Below are positions 24,301 through 32,815 of a DNA stretch of 64,000 nucleotides, piece after piece. The stretch's first letter is position 1, and the number at the start of each line of letters is the position of its first letter. The DNA comes from Schizosaccharomyces osmophilus (lineage: Eukaryota). The notes below the pieces were generated by a model. It was not told where the DNA came from, ran no database searches, and saw nothing but the letters and a program-made list of their open reading frames with translations. The position numbers and the translations under genes are program-made. The stretch lies in contig NC_079238.1 of assembly GCF_027921745.1 (NCBI RefSeq), positions 3,720,001 to 3,784,000 on the forward strand, written 5' to 3'.

Positions 24301-27300
24301 GTTATATTTTGGCTCACAATTACTCTTGGAAGTTTATTACTAAGAGTTTTCTGGGAAGCGGTCACTAAAGTTGCACCTTTCATCCAAACTGTAAAACAGT
24401 CGAACAATTGCATGCTATTCGAGTTGGAAGCAAACTGAAGCCATAAAGACTTTTCGTCTACCTTGCTTGCATTCGAAAAATCCAAAATTGCGTGGAGCAA
24501 CAAGCGATGATCAATTGACACTGCGTTCATTTCCGTATCCCCGATCGGGAAATAAAAACGCATATTGTGATTGTAACTTTTAGGCAAACTAGTATGAGTT
24601 CTAAAAGAAAGTTGACTTTCAAATTCGAATACGCTCAAACATACAGTATCGTTCACATCAAATTCCATGTCAGATACAACAAAGCCTGCATTTATATTTC
24701 GCAAGTACTTGCCAAAATCTTCATGACTTAAAGACGAGTTTACTGAAGAAAAATTCACACCTAATTTAATGCAAGCAAGCATAACACAGTAATGATCGAA
24801 TGACTTTTCCATGTAAGAAATTACGGTATTACCTGTCGAAACACCTTTGGCTAGTAACCAATTTGCCCAACGGTTAGACAAGAAATTTAAATCAGCATAG
24901 GACATGTTCATCAACTGATCGTCGGCTTCAACATACCGAATTGCCTTATTATTAGCATACGCATGTACAGAGCTATCAAGCAACTCTAGAAGGCTAGTTG
25001 GATGTGACCCAGTAATATTCTCCGATTCGTATATTGAAAGATGCTTCTTAAGCTGTAAGTAACTTTCGAGAGTATTTTCAATACCTTCATCAAGGTAAAA
25101 GTTTATAATGTTGATGAAGAGTTCACAAACGTGATGAACAATACGACGATCTGCAGTCGCCACAACGGAAAGAGCTTGATCTTCCTCATTTGGATACAAT
25201 TCCAACATATACTGAAAATCCATTTGCAATTCTTCTTCAACGAGCTTCCAGTTCTCGAAATTTGAATCAAGAGGACCATTTTGTATGATAAGTATTGTGT
25301 CAAACATTGGTACTTTCGGAGAAAATCCCAACATTTTACTTACATCAATTAATGAACTCAGCTCTAAATTTTTAGTCAGCTTTTTTAGTGACTCAAGTCT
25401 CTGCATCGGCTTGAATTGATTATCATCATTGGAATAGAATACTCTTAAAGGGATTGAATTAAAGGTAGGCCCCGCTAGGCTATCCACACCATCTACTGGA
25501 ATGTTGCGTCCACTTACAACATTACCAAAGCAGATATCTTTGTTGCTAGTAATCAACGAAAGCGTCTTCGCCCAACATGCTTGCAAAAAAGAAGAAGTGC
25601 TAACCAAATTTTGTGAGCATATATCTCTTAATTTTAAGTAATTAAGAGGCACCCGCCTGACATAACTTCGTTTTTCATCAGAGGTCATACCGCATGGGAA
25701 AAGAACTGGCTTAAAGTCATTAAAAATACGCTTCCAGGTAACCATCTTCTTCTCGTCATTAATTAAATGCAAATATTCAATATAGGATCGCATGGAAGGT
25801 GAAACAATTAATTGTTCTCCTCTAAATAGTTTGGCCAGTTGATCAAAAATGATTTTGAAACTCCATGCATCATATAACACGTGATGCATGTAAATTAATA
25901 GGTAATTCTTTTGATAACCACGCAGATACTGGAGACGCAGAGGGACTTTTCCTGAATCAACGACCGGAACGGGTTCTACGTCGTAAGAAGTTAGGCGATT
26001 ATCCAAATAAGAAGCTTCTTCAAAAGCAAAATTGGAACTTTTTAGTAAGACTTGGCAGTAAGGATATTTGGAAGAGTTCGTCAAATAAAAGCAGGTCCTG
26101 AGGATCGGAAATGCACGAGCTAACTTTCCAAAAATATCCAACACGGTTGAAGATGACTGGTCACCTATGTCAAAGAGAAATTTATTGTAATAGAAATGCA
26201 TTCCATTCTTTTCCGTGCTGGTAAGAAGCGCTAGCTGCATAGGGGAACAAGGAAATATATCCTCGATATTTGAATCATTAATTAAAGAATTATTCAAGTC
26301 CTCCGGTTTATAGAATTCCACTGATTTCTTACCATGAGTAGGAGAGGCTTTACCTTTATTAACCATTCGACATAGTGTACTTATGGAAGGATAAGATCCG
26401 ATTTGTGAAAAGTTCAGATCTTGAATTCCTTTTTTCCGTAAATCGGAGAAGACACGTAGCAGCATCAAAGAGTCAAGCCCATATAACTGTAAATTCTCAA
26501 AGTGGTCCACGGAGTGCAACGACTTATTCAAAAGCTTTGACAGGCTAGACCTTACTAAATCCTCATTTTCATATACATCATCAAAGTTATCAAGAGCGTC
26601 AACATTGTCATTTAAATTGTCAGTACCATTTGAAATATGATTAAAAGTGAATAAAGCGTCAGCATGCATAATGGTCCTGTTGATGCTGTTTTGAAAATCG
26701 TGTACCAATGTTTCCAAATATTTATCCTGGAATTTTCCCGTAATCTTTATTTCGTAATGTTCATGCTTATCCACTTCAACTAAAAGTGGATATTCGGTTT
26801 TATTAGTAGAGGAAATGGATGCAATAATGTTATCATCGAGGGTGACAGCGGATTGTTGTAAAATTAGCAAACTATTCAGTTGAACTGGATTCTCGTGAAA
26901 CTCTTGAATATCAGCTAAAGAGACAGAAGTATGATCTAGAATTGAAGTTAGACTTGACAATGTCCTCTGGCAATTTTGCTGATGTGAATGCTGTTCCGAA
27001 AGCTCAATCCTAACAGGAAGGGTTCGCATGCATGGACCAACAATGTAATCAATATTTTCAATTAAATTGTTCATTCTTCCGGATATAACGGTACCAATTA
27101 ACATATCAAGACTTTCGGTATGCTTGGACATGACTGCCGACCATGCTGTCAAAAGAAATGATAAAGGTGTTATACGCAATGATTTACAATAATCATCTAT
27201 GTGAAAAGCTTTAAGCTTAGTTGCCCCAGATATAGAAGAAAAGCTTGTAGTGTGATGCTTTAAGCTCATCGAATTAGAATTTTTCAGATATTCTTTCCAA

Positions 27301-30248
27301 AAATGCATGTTTTCTTTCAAATATTTCTGTTTGGTAAGGCATAATTCATGTACGTACTCACCAAACTGTGAGTAAATAGGTAATGGTCCCTTTTTTAACA
27401 ACAATTCAAGTTGTTGTCTTATGACATCCAAAGACCAACCGTCATAGAGGGCATGGTGCCATATGATGCTTAAATAACATTCGCTGGAATTGTGTATTAT
27501 TACAGCATCCAATGGCCCACGACTAAAAAACTCCTCAGTGAATCGAAAGTTTTCAAAATGCTTTTGAGTTTCAGTGAATGGATGCTCGGAATATACGAGA
27601 ACTGGTGAGACCTCTTGATTTATACGAAGAATAAAACCTTCCCTATCATCTAGATGAAATGAACTTCTCAACAACGAGTGAGATTTTAATACTTGATGCC
27701 AAGCCTTTTCAACGTCTTTAGCAGAGGCATTAATTTTCAGCACATCATGGTTTACGTAAACTTCTCCATTCTTTATTAAAGATTCGTAAAGCATTCCTTT
27801 TTGGAGATCAGTACACATGCTCGATTCAGCTTGTACGGCACGCTTATCCTTGGAAGAATTTATCGCAACTAACCCTTCGGCAATGCTTTCAACAATGTGT
27901 GATGAAAGCAACTTTGACAAAGATACTTTATAGCCTAACTTGGAGAAAGAGCGTGATAACTGTACTGCATCTAAGGAATCATAGCCTAACTCGAAAATCG
28001 AAGTAAACCGATTAACATTAGGATATTCGTTATGTTTGTGATGATAATGATCTCTAACAACAGTTGAGACCACTTCTTCCTTTTGATTTGATAAAGAAGC
28101 GTTTTGTTCCTTGGTTGGTTGCGTAGAAAATAGGGATTTCAAGGCTTTACGGTTCGTTTTACCGCTAGGAAGATAAGGAAGACTTTCAACGGATACATAG
28201 TCTGTTGGTCTCATCCAAGCTTGCAGATTTGTCTCAGCTTGATTTTTAACGTTTTGTTCACTTCCGACAAAAAAGGCTACCAGACGCTCATCAATTTTCT
28301 CCACGGCTAAAGATTGAGCAGCGGGTGCCAATTTGGATTCAATTTCTCCTAACTCCACTCTTCTCCCCCTTATCTTCACTTGCATGTCACCACTGATCCT
28401 ACCATAAATGTAAAGACGGCCGTTTATAATTCGGCCACAATCACCCGTTCTATATATGGAATAAGATCGGCCATTGCGATCAAATGCAGTAGTGAAAGCT
28501 TTTACATTTAATTCTTCTCTATTCAGATATCCTCGGGAAAGCTGAGGACCAGCGATACAAACTTCCCCAAGGAACCCATCCTCACTAATAGGGTAGCTTG
28601 ATGAGTCGGGTTGCGTGTCACAAATGCAAAGCATTGCAGCAATTAAGGGAGAGCCAACCAAATATACAGAAGTAAACCTTTGAGAAGCATTAAGAGTAAC
28701 ATGTATGGCAGCCTCCGTCGGGCCGTATGCGTTAACAAGTCGATTATCCCAAAAATCGATTACACGTTTTGTTAAAAGCTCTCCAATGGAAAGCAACATA
28801 CGGACATTCTTTAGTAAGGGAATATTTTCTTCGACGGAAATTACGTTAGCAACGGTTGGTGTTAGCTCCAGCGCGGTGATTTCAAAATCGTGGATTAAAA
28901 ATTCTAAACACCCGACAAGATTTTGCCTGGTTGAGGTAACTAAAGAAAGTCCCATGTTCCAATTACCAAAGATCTCATAAACCGAAACATCAAAAGTTAC
29001 ATTTGCAAATTGGAGCCATTTATCGCCTCGTGATACACCAAATTTTGGATAAAGAAAAGAGTGAGAAAAGATAGAATTGACGGCTGATCTATGGGTGATT
29101 GGAACACCTTTGGGGGTCCCAGTAGATCCGGACGTATATAGCACATATGCGGTAGAGTCTGGAGAAGAGGCAAAGCAAATGGATGGCAAGGGATCAGGTG
29201 TCTTTAGGTTGGGAAGACTCTGGTCGGAAAGCTGTAATAATTCCACATTGGTAGAGAATCTTTCTGCAAGTGCTGGATCAGCAATTGCCAAGCTTGCATC
29301 TGTATCTTTGCATATGAACTGAACTCGTTCCGGGATTGTTTCCACGTCTATGGGACAGTATGCATTTGAGCTGTACAGGACGGCCAAGATGGCGATGAAA
29401 AGACTTGGAGAATGGGGAATCATGATAGGGACAACTTTATTATGAAAAGGAATGGACTTTGAGATGGTGAATGCAAAAGAATGAAGCTCTTGAAACGTAA
29501 AAGACGTAGAATCAGAAAAAGAATCATTATGGGAATAAACAAAGTTGAGAGCTTCTTGAGTCGGGTTCGAAAGGACATTGTGATAGAAGCATCCATGTAA
29601 GTAATGGTTCGAGTTACCGGTGATTTGGTTGGAGTCTTTCGAACCTAGGTGATCTACAGGATCTGGATTTAGAAGAGACAAAGGTAAACTTTCGTTTTTT
29701 CCTTTGTGAAGGATCATTTTGAAAATGTAGTCTGCGATTTCTGAAGAGAATCGTTGGCAATCCCAACGCAAAGTTAGAGAAGAGGGAGAATATACAAAAG
29801 TAACATCAATGTCAAAACTAGGATTGCGGAATGACATTAAGTCAGAAAAGCCACTGAGAAAGGAATTGAAAGCGGAATTACTCCATGAAGCCGGTTGTTC
29901 ACGAGAGCACTCATGATCAGAACGAAACACAGCGCAATGGATTTTGTTGGAAGCTAAATGTGAAAGGGGGAACGGTTGGAGTTCGGCATTCAATGATATA
30001 TAGCTTTCATGTTGAATCGTTTCTAAACCATTGCAAGGGACGTAGTTTGGAAATACCACAAACGCGGTTTCAGATCCAATTAGCCCAGAAAAGAGCCAAT
30101 GCCATAATTCAACAAAGCGAGAAAAGGAAAAGGAAGCATCGAATGGATAGCTCTTGACCTGAAAAGAAGGGGAAGTCTGAGGGCATCGAGATGGCCCTAA
30201 GTGTGAAATCTCACTAAGTTGAATCTGGTCATTTACCGTATGTACCAT
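15306..30248 (-). CDS. sib1: Ferrichrome siderophore synthetase NRPS (4980 aa)
   Basis: Two intact A domains (YVLYTSGSTG), six T domains (G[YLI]DS motifs) and six C domains (HxxxD motifs). Divergent from an ornithine monooxygenase. Confidence 0.95.
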   Translation of the reverse strand: MVHTVNDQIQLSEISHLGPSRCPQTSPSFQVKSYPFDASFSFSRFVELWHWLFSGLIGSETAFVVFPNYVPCNGLETIQHESYISLNAELQPFPLSHLASNKIHCAVFRSDHECSREQPASWSNSAFNSFLSGFSDLMSFRNPSFDIDVTFVYSPSSLTLRWDCQRFSSEIADYIFKMILHKGKNESLPLSLLNPDPVDHLGSKDSNQITGNSNHYLHGCFYHNVLSNPTQEALNFVYSHNDSFSDSTSFTFQELHSFAFTISKSIPFHNKVVPIMIPHSPSLFIAILAVLYSSNAYCPIDVETIPERVQFICKDTDASLAIADPALAERFSTNVELLQLSDQSLPNLKTPDPLPSICFASSPDSTAYVLYTSGSTGTPKGVPITHRSAVNSIFSHSFLYPKFGVSRGDKWLQFANVTFDVSVYEIFGNWNMGLSLVTSTRQNLVGCLEFLIHDFEITALELTPTVANVISVEENIPLLKNVRMLLSIGELLTKRVIDFWDNRLVNAYGPTEAAIHVTLNASQRFTSVYLVGSPLIAAMLCICDTQPDSSSYPISEDGFLGEVCIAGPQLSRGYLNREELNVKAFTTAFDRNGRSYSIYRTGDCGRIINGRLYIYGRISGDMQVKIRGRRVELGEIESKLAPAAQSLAVEKIDERLVAFFVGSEQNVKNQAETNLQAWMRPTDYVSVESLPYLPSGKTNRKALKSLFSTQPTKEQNASLSNQKEEVVSTVVRDHYHHKHNEYPNVNRFTSIFELGYDSLDAVQLSRSFSKLGYKVSLSKLLSSHIVESIAEGLVAINSSKDKRAVQAESSMCTDLQKGMLYESLIKNGEVYVNHDVLKINASAKDVEKAWHQVLKSHSLLRSSFHLDDREGFILRINQEVSPVLVYSEHPFTETQKHFENFRFTEEFFSRGPLDAVIIHNSSECYLSIIWHHALYDGWSLDVIRQQLELLLKKGPLPIYSQFGEYVHELCLTKQKYLKENMHFWKEYLKNSNSMSLKHHTTSFSSISGATKLKAFHIDDYCKSLRITPLSFLLTAWSAVMSKHTESLDMLIGTVISGRMNNLIENIDYIVGPCMRTLPVRIELSEQHSHQQNCQRTLSSLTSILDHTSVSLADIQEFHENPVQLNSLLILQQSAVTLDDNIIASISSTNKTEYPLLVEVDKHEHYEIKITGKFQDKYLETLVHDFQNSINRTIMHADALFTFNHISNGTDNLNDNVDALDNFDDVYENEDLVRSSLSKLLNKSLHSVDHFENLQLYGLDSLMLLRVFSDLRKKGIQDLNFSQIGSYPSISTLCRMVNKGKASPTHGKKSVEFYKPEDLNNSLINDSNIEDIFPCSPMQLALLTSTEKNGMHFYYNKFLFDIGDQSSSTVLDIFGKLARAFPILRTCFYLTNSSKYPYCQVLLKSSNFAFEEASYLDNRLTSYDVEPVPVVDSGKVPLRLQYLRGYQKNYLLIYMHHVLYDAWSFKIIFDQLAKLFRGEQLIVSPSMRSYIEYLHLINDEKKMVTWKRIFNDFKPVLFPCGMTSDEKRSYVRRVPLNYLKLRDICSQNLVSTSSFLQACWAKTLSLITSNKDICFGNVVSGRNIPVDGVDSLAGPTFNSIPLRVFYSNDDNQFKPMQRLESLKKLTKNLELSSLIDVSKMLGFSPKVPMFDTILIIQNGPLDSNFENWKLVEEELQMDFQYMLELYPNEEDQALSVVATADRRIVHHVCELFINIINFYLDEGIENTLESYLQLKKHLSIYESENITGSHPTSLLELLDSSVHAYANNKAIRYVEADDQLMNMSYADLNFLSNRWANWLLAKGVSTGNTVISYMEKSFDHYCVMLACIKLGVNFSSVNSSLSHEDFGKYLRNINAGFVVSDMEFDVNDTVCLSVFEFESQLSFRTHTSLPKSYNHNMRFYFPIGDTEMNAVSIDHRLLLHAILDFSNASKVDEKSLWLQFASNSNSMQLFDCFTVWMKGATLVTASQKTLSNKLPRVIVSQNITHLNVNSALVSKLNKDVTQSVKLLISYGGKLSSKILEYWNGRHVRVHLMKNMNFPCFLNTHFSNKTRDILGKLIGCFKGLIVHPSAKTIIPKCGFGQLLLAVNAELLGILDQNKSVEVSSGSLNIYTDSVARLLPDSTFQLEGLTKETDSNNWEDLILQKVPEVRQVHRVVLDKPMDSSIAFLLVDMGVEKLEDLKSQLIYLSKQSPNVLVLIGDMPLDTDEKVDEASLMEKYEKGQFIHEFSILDLLQKSNVSSFVDDVSSLISNFFKLPLEAIKLESEISSLGLDSLSAIQLSRTMRNRYQAKISALDLLECNTLFDLSQKLQKSIESQPPVECDEMIDKFLADIKESTKPHLPNLPNIDCVLPCVDSQNSLLSQFHSSGGKTNLNYFVYRMKDHVIFGDFSKRWEIAIKKISMLRTYFVSINNPRSPFAQVTLENINPPWLLREQTIGVEDAVSTAVGNLKQALLSDTTSIPYSLSFIRTNENVHYFILVMHHAIFDERSLNHTLRIVENALEAEVELSSHEIITKKILAYKQRSIESKEYWIKQLEGFAPTLFPNLCTNRHTGDARSITSKPSSFDIFKFREICGKLNISIQALAQLAWAKLLSSYCSEDCITFGLILSGQTLMEDENDAIFPTLTTIPYSVNVSGSVGDLLKDIQERNKGFLKYQYTPISQIKRWLNLGGNETYFDSLLSVQVEDDTDTPLEIFSDEIESQSFLENTLAIELRVLSSSSEIVLNSLDRSIPKQHAQLIVQQFDWLLNLMVSHLDEDIGTLERFLPTTLLSVVPAEVQDYPCEVKFLHEFVEYYARKLPSSLALEFANQIHINEYMSTKFTYQEFNCKANQLARTLKRYGCNTGTIISIYFDKCIEAFIAILAILKAGCCFLALDVTAPLERIKFIVDDSSSGLIISSKDQLEKLRSANISVNILNASDHGIYDSDSENLTIEDLDESNLAYVLYTSGSTGKPKGCCLTHKNVVQTMMAFQQQFLGKWNSDSRFLSFASLHFDVSVLEQYFSWSTGTCLVAAPKNLILQDIPTAVRVLRITHIDLTPSLASILNPGNAPYLQVFITGGEQIRQEVMEIWGDTGVLYNFWGPTELTIGASAYRELPKNARTSNIGPPFANCSTYIISQKTNLPVLLGAIGEICMGGNQVAKGYLNLPKQTEEKFRLYHQFNDRVYYTGDLGRLLSDGSLEFGGRADDQIKLRGQRIEIGEINSVLKASSEKVLDAFTFALDHHALHKTQLVSFIHVGSNNNVSLFDLDENSMETIQVADEYCKSHLATYMVPTFLVPINWVPLTPTNKFDKKKVVGEFQKLTQNQLSRLYQNKKTQNLEEETCDPKVLQIIAKFLNLSISDFKASTSIFELGIDSISAVSLAAMLRENGYLSASPAQLLNAVSISKISKALIGNFSNKKVSDIPVKTKFYQSFEHADLAESVIPCLPLVEGLLFELERGRRSLYFNTFTFKFRSKEQAKAFENALIFVTKKYEVLRSAFIKSENGYFQIIWKSEVLDTVGHLNITNCISPIKIFIDYTNGIHHVSLEMFHGIYDGWSLDLIWNDLAKFSQNCELPERPLYSLAVLEVLKQSSNLDYTSFWSKLFRKRVSQLPQFSDELPESMVFSRTLSLSYLKLQNICRSSFKTSLSSLFLTAWLCFLNSHFLVQTVGTVVSGRSNQINHLDVIGPMFNTLPFPFFVDNESSFQELVSSTQSVLSSMLPFHHTPLRELKKSLQVKDLFNVLFVYTQHENNPFDQSTNWDMEIKSTGTEFPLAFEVEKSKDDTLIINLATSYKYVESLETSSLLSMFEEYFLQVINAPKMTFEPQEASCLNENALIKHKIPEHWNSVLQVLIDIMSEKVKVSVEEFEKNTYIYELGIDSIDLIWLSSKFSSAGLSKIDLSQFMTDPSLFHMLKLMNENTTANEQSLEIDMRKNSLADGIKTLFNTEDYEDCYMTTHLQRGLLVETLNDSSLYQNDAIFQVDSCIDIERLKEAWIAMIHYNPILRTNFKLTDVGNTLTVVQVVENVSDFDYNSHIVREDFYFDELKVAKESLKAKRNFPSPFETCPYRVTFFNVKDNLYMFVEMHHALYDGWSLSLMYDELLCRYNYQNVPTRRPFSQFVKQVNNISFDLEFWSTYLKDLNVVRPLRRLGNEGRHTWGAYSSVTYSKLLSASKVYGVSIQSLIFYAWGIYLSRLYHSSDIIFHTVFSGRTKFEGADNILGPCMNTIPVRIKTGDQKKVLKKLTRELIELWNQQHTPLSIIHSKYPLLQNLPVESILVHQRLPKQDDGNNVIKSVDESTGINYPIAMEFSNTESQLEWFASVDTSFVPFQGAEDMVNQVDLILSHIVNGKLAANTTEPSDVLFFRGYKIRYTDYKEALLGADSLNSESRLVLVDNQKSLLFVPFGEACNQVSLLLTDCTKRSLKRLAKKCRTKLPLFLMPDFLIPVTGISELPEEKVHAELLELFNSFSSEDIHQLKGILELHDARLESVLIQNLSSSLNIPSHLINRSVTFMELGLDSVHAIKFSSLLRNSGVPVTVPNILQNPSIEFLAHYILFELEDFTGDDNVAEFGNLLNAIPEDSSIKKTNIADVFPCSPGQLYALSAWNNTNKLKYFTTFFYLSNRMLDIERLKAAWQKLVKSSDVLRTTFVKSTDRDFEILQVLTRQGNAPWQHQTETEKDIEATSLAIAEEEMSLNTTLHETPLRIRSIAIEGKLLLSISIHHALYDGWSINILLQRLSQLYDNPNLEPIDENSSKSIVSKLYNSKAIDSAKSFWSNHLADCQPCGLPKVLGDSCNKDISLYLPSVFDANSLLKKAQSMNVSLQSMAFTAFACVLNNWTKQYDLTFGVYVSGRSLNIANAESVLYPLFNVIPLNVNMGNKSISTLVKDIQSFIIQTSGVLQQLSVKDHPKPGLVDITINFFSGAEAMDSSIFTPYELKTKPRCDKSRKIVSSTIDGCDVLNNPAPKLDFELAVRNGRLDLGIFTHSSILSESNSERFVTDFLTALDGF

Positions 30249-30403
30249 GAAAACTAGCTCGAGCTAAAAGATGAAAGATCCGAAATCAATCAAAAGAAAT
30301 CAAGAAAAAAGGGAATTCCAAAAAGAAAAAACCAAAGCTGTGCAAAGCGTTGGTAATAGACAGTGTGTTGCGAAAAGATGTGTGATGCGGGTAACTATAT
30401 ATG

Positions 30404-31087
30404 ATCTGATAACCTTGTTACTTGGCACATAAACAAACACGCAATTCTATCGAAAAGGTCTTTTGTAACGGGAATTGAAATGTGGACAGAAACAAATGTC
30501 CATACGGCTTGCTCGATCGAGTCGGATGAAGTAAAAGTCGAAAATTACGTATCCTTTTCTCTATAGCCTTGTTCGAGTGTTTCTCTTGCTTTCCCTCGAG
30601 ATCAACCGAAAAAGCAGATCCAACAGAAATGTTTAAAGCTTTTACTAGGACTTTCCAACGAAACCAATCGTCTACTTTGAGGCCATCATCGCTCGCTGTT
30701 CCTTGAGTGCTACCTACGTTTATGATATGCTAAAATTTCTCTTTCATCTGATAAATAATCATTTTATTTGTTTTTCCTTTTATGTTTTTATTTCTTTTCT
30801 TTCATTATTGTTCTTATTTTAGTTTTTTTTTCTCGAAAAAGTAATGTTTGGAAGTTTGCTGTAAAGTGGTTTGATGAAAAAAATTTCACCCGTCACAACT
30901 GATTTGAACGTCTCCTCATGAAGACGTAACGAGCGTCCATTGCGTGAGTTCTTTAGCCGTTCTATAGAAAAACTTGACTGCCGTTTCAAGTTATTCATAC
31001 GAAATTCTTCCTTTTTGTTCATTTCCCCTTTGTCTGGCTGAGCCATAAACAAACCTTCCGTATCTGATCGGGTAATTTTTATCTGAT
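30404..31087. promoter_or_regulatory. Iron-responsive GATA (Fep1-type) elements ATC(A/T)GATAA in the sib1-sib2 bidirectional promoter
   Basis: ATCTGATAA at 30404-30412 and 30746-30754. TTATCTGAT (ATCAGATAA on minus) at 31079-31087. A near-match at 31060-31068. Confidence 0.75.
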
Positions 31088-31305
31088 CGGATCGGTTACG
31101 TAACAAACCGTTGTCGTACATACAACGACGAGCAATGTAACTTGGTGGTAGCATACTTACCTATATATATCAGTATATTTCCATTCCACTAAATCTTCTT
31201 TTTGTTATATTACACGAAATAGTGTACTATAAAGGGAAGTAGTTTTGGGTGCATATCTTGTTTCATCCATCTGAACAATTTGTTAACGTGTGTGCTTGGA
31301 AACTC

Positions 31306-31380
31306 TTCGGCTCGGTTTGGTTTGGTTTGGATTAGATTGGCGTAACCTAACTTAACTTAACTTAACTTGACTTGGCTTGG
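31306..31380. repeat. Degenerate 5-bp-period tandem repeat (15 units) upstream of sib2
   Basis: ttcgg ctcgg tttgg tttgg tttgg attag attgg cgtaa cctaa cttaa cttaa cttaa cttga cttgg cttgg. Confidence 0.8.
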
Positions 31381-31510
31381 TTAATTGTTTTAGGAAAAAG
31401 AACAAATAAAAGACTTGTTTTCTTTCTTTTCCCTTGCTTTTCGGTGTTTTAATTTTTTGAATCGTCGTAGAATCGTTTTGGATTTTGGTATCGTTCGTTT
31501 ATTTACAAGA

Positions 31511-32815
31511 ATGACATTCGTAAAGGGAACAGAAGAAACTTTGGATTTGGCAATCATCGGATTTGGACCGGCATCGCTTTCTCTGATGGTGGCTCTCCAT
31601 GACCATTCCGAAAAACCTTTGCGTAACAAAAAGGTTTGTGTTTTGGAAAAGTCGCCCTTGTTTTCTTGGCATTCAGGCATGCTGATTCCAGGATCGAATA
31701 TGCAAATTTCATTTGTAAAGGATTTGGCTACACCACGTGATCCAACTTCTTACTTTTCATTTTTGAATTATCTGCATCAGAATGGCGATGAAAGATTTTC
31801 CAGCTTCTTAAACTTATCGACCTTGGAACCCTCTCGCTATGAATTCCATGATTACCTTTGCTGGGCAGCTGGCCATTTCAAGGACTATGTGCAGTACGGT
31901 GCAAACGTAACCAAATTAGAGTACGATCAGTCTTTAGATTTGTATCGTATCACTTATGGCGATCACCAAAAAATCGCCAAAAATGTCATTGTAGCTACGG
32001 GCGGTCAAGCAAATATTCCCAAGCCTTTTTCCTCGTTACAAAGTCCCCAAGTTATCCATTCAAGCGGCTTTATGTTTGACGACAGCCAGCGCAAGCTTCG
32101 TTCGGCTAAGCATGGGGTACTTGTCATCGGTTCTGGTCAATCCGCTGCGGAAATTTGGAATCACAGCCATAACATCATTGATTCCAAGCTTCCTCTTACC
32201 TTGGCTTTCCGCAATTTGTCTCTTATCCCCAGTGATTCCAGTCCCTTTGTCAACTCGTTATATTTTGATAGCCATAATTCTCACTGGTGGTACAATCTCC
32301 CTGAACAAACCCGTATACAGGGCTTGAGAAACGGCCATACCACAAATTACGGAGTCGTCAAAGAAGAATTGCTTGAGGACATGTATCGTGAACAATACAT
32401 GCAAAAACTCAAATACGGCAAGGCCTGCCACAACTTCTTGAATGCCACCTATGTGGATTCCGTGGAACAAAAACAAGATCACATACTCGTTACCCTGGCC
32501 TCCAAACTGGATGGTATTGAAAAAAAGATCACTCAAAAATTCGATGTCATTTATTTAGCCACTGGTTACAACCATGCATCTTACGAAACCATCCTTTCTC
32601 CCATCTTTCCCCATTCCCACGATATTCGTATCGCTGAAAACTACCTCGTTGAAAACACTCCTTCCAAAAACAGCCGTCTTTTTGTTATTGGCATCTCAAC
32701 GTATCAGCACGGTATTGGTGAAACCTTGCTTAGTTGGACTGCCATTCGTGCTGGTGAATTGGCTTCTCAAATATTTGGACCAAGCAAGCCTACTGCTCGC
32801 CCTTTTTCTCCTTAA
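31511..32815 (+). CDS. sib2: L-ornithine N5-monooxygenase
   Basis: GFGPASL FAD motif, WHSGMLIPGSNMQISFVKDLAT, GSGQSAAE and LATGY. First ATG at 31511. Confidence 0.95.
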   Translation: MTFVKGTEETLDLAIIGFGPASLSLMVALHDHSEKPLRNKKVCVLEKSPLFSWHSGMLIPGSNMQISFVKDLATPRDPTSYFSFLNYLHQNGDERFSSFLNLSTLEPSRYEFHDYLCWAAGHFKDYVQYGANVTKLEYDQSLDLYRITYGDHQKIAKNVIVATGGQANIPKPFSSLQSPQVIHSSGFMFDDSQRKLRSAKHGVLVIGSGQSAAEIWNHSHNIIDSKLPLTLAFRNLSLIPSDSSPFVNSLYFDSHNSHWWYNLPEQTRIQGLRNGHTTNYGVVKEELLEDMYREQYMQKLKYGKACHNFLNATYVDSVEQKQDHILVTLASKLDGIEKKITQKFDVIYLATGYNHASYETILSPIFPHSHDIRIAENYLVENTPSKNSRLFVIGISTYQHGIGETLLSWTAIRAGELASQIFGPSKPTARPFSP

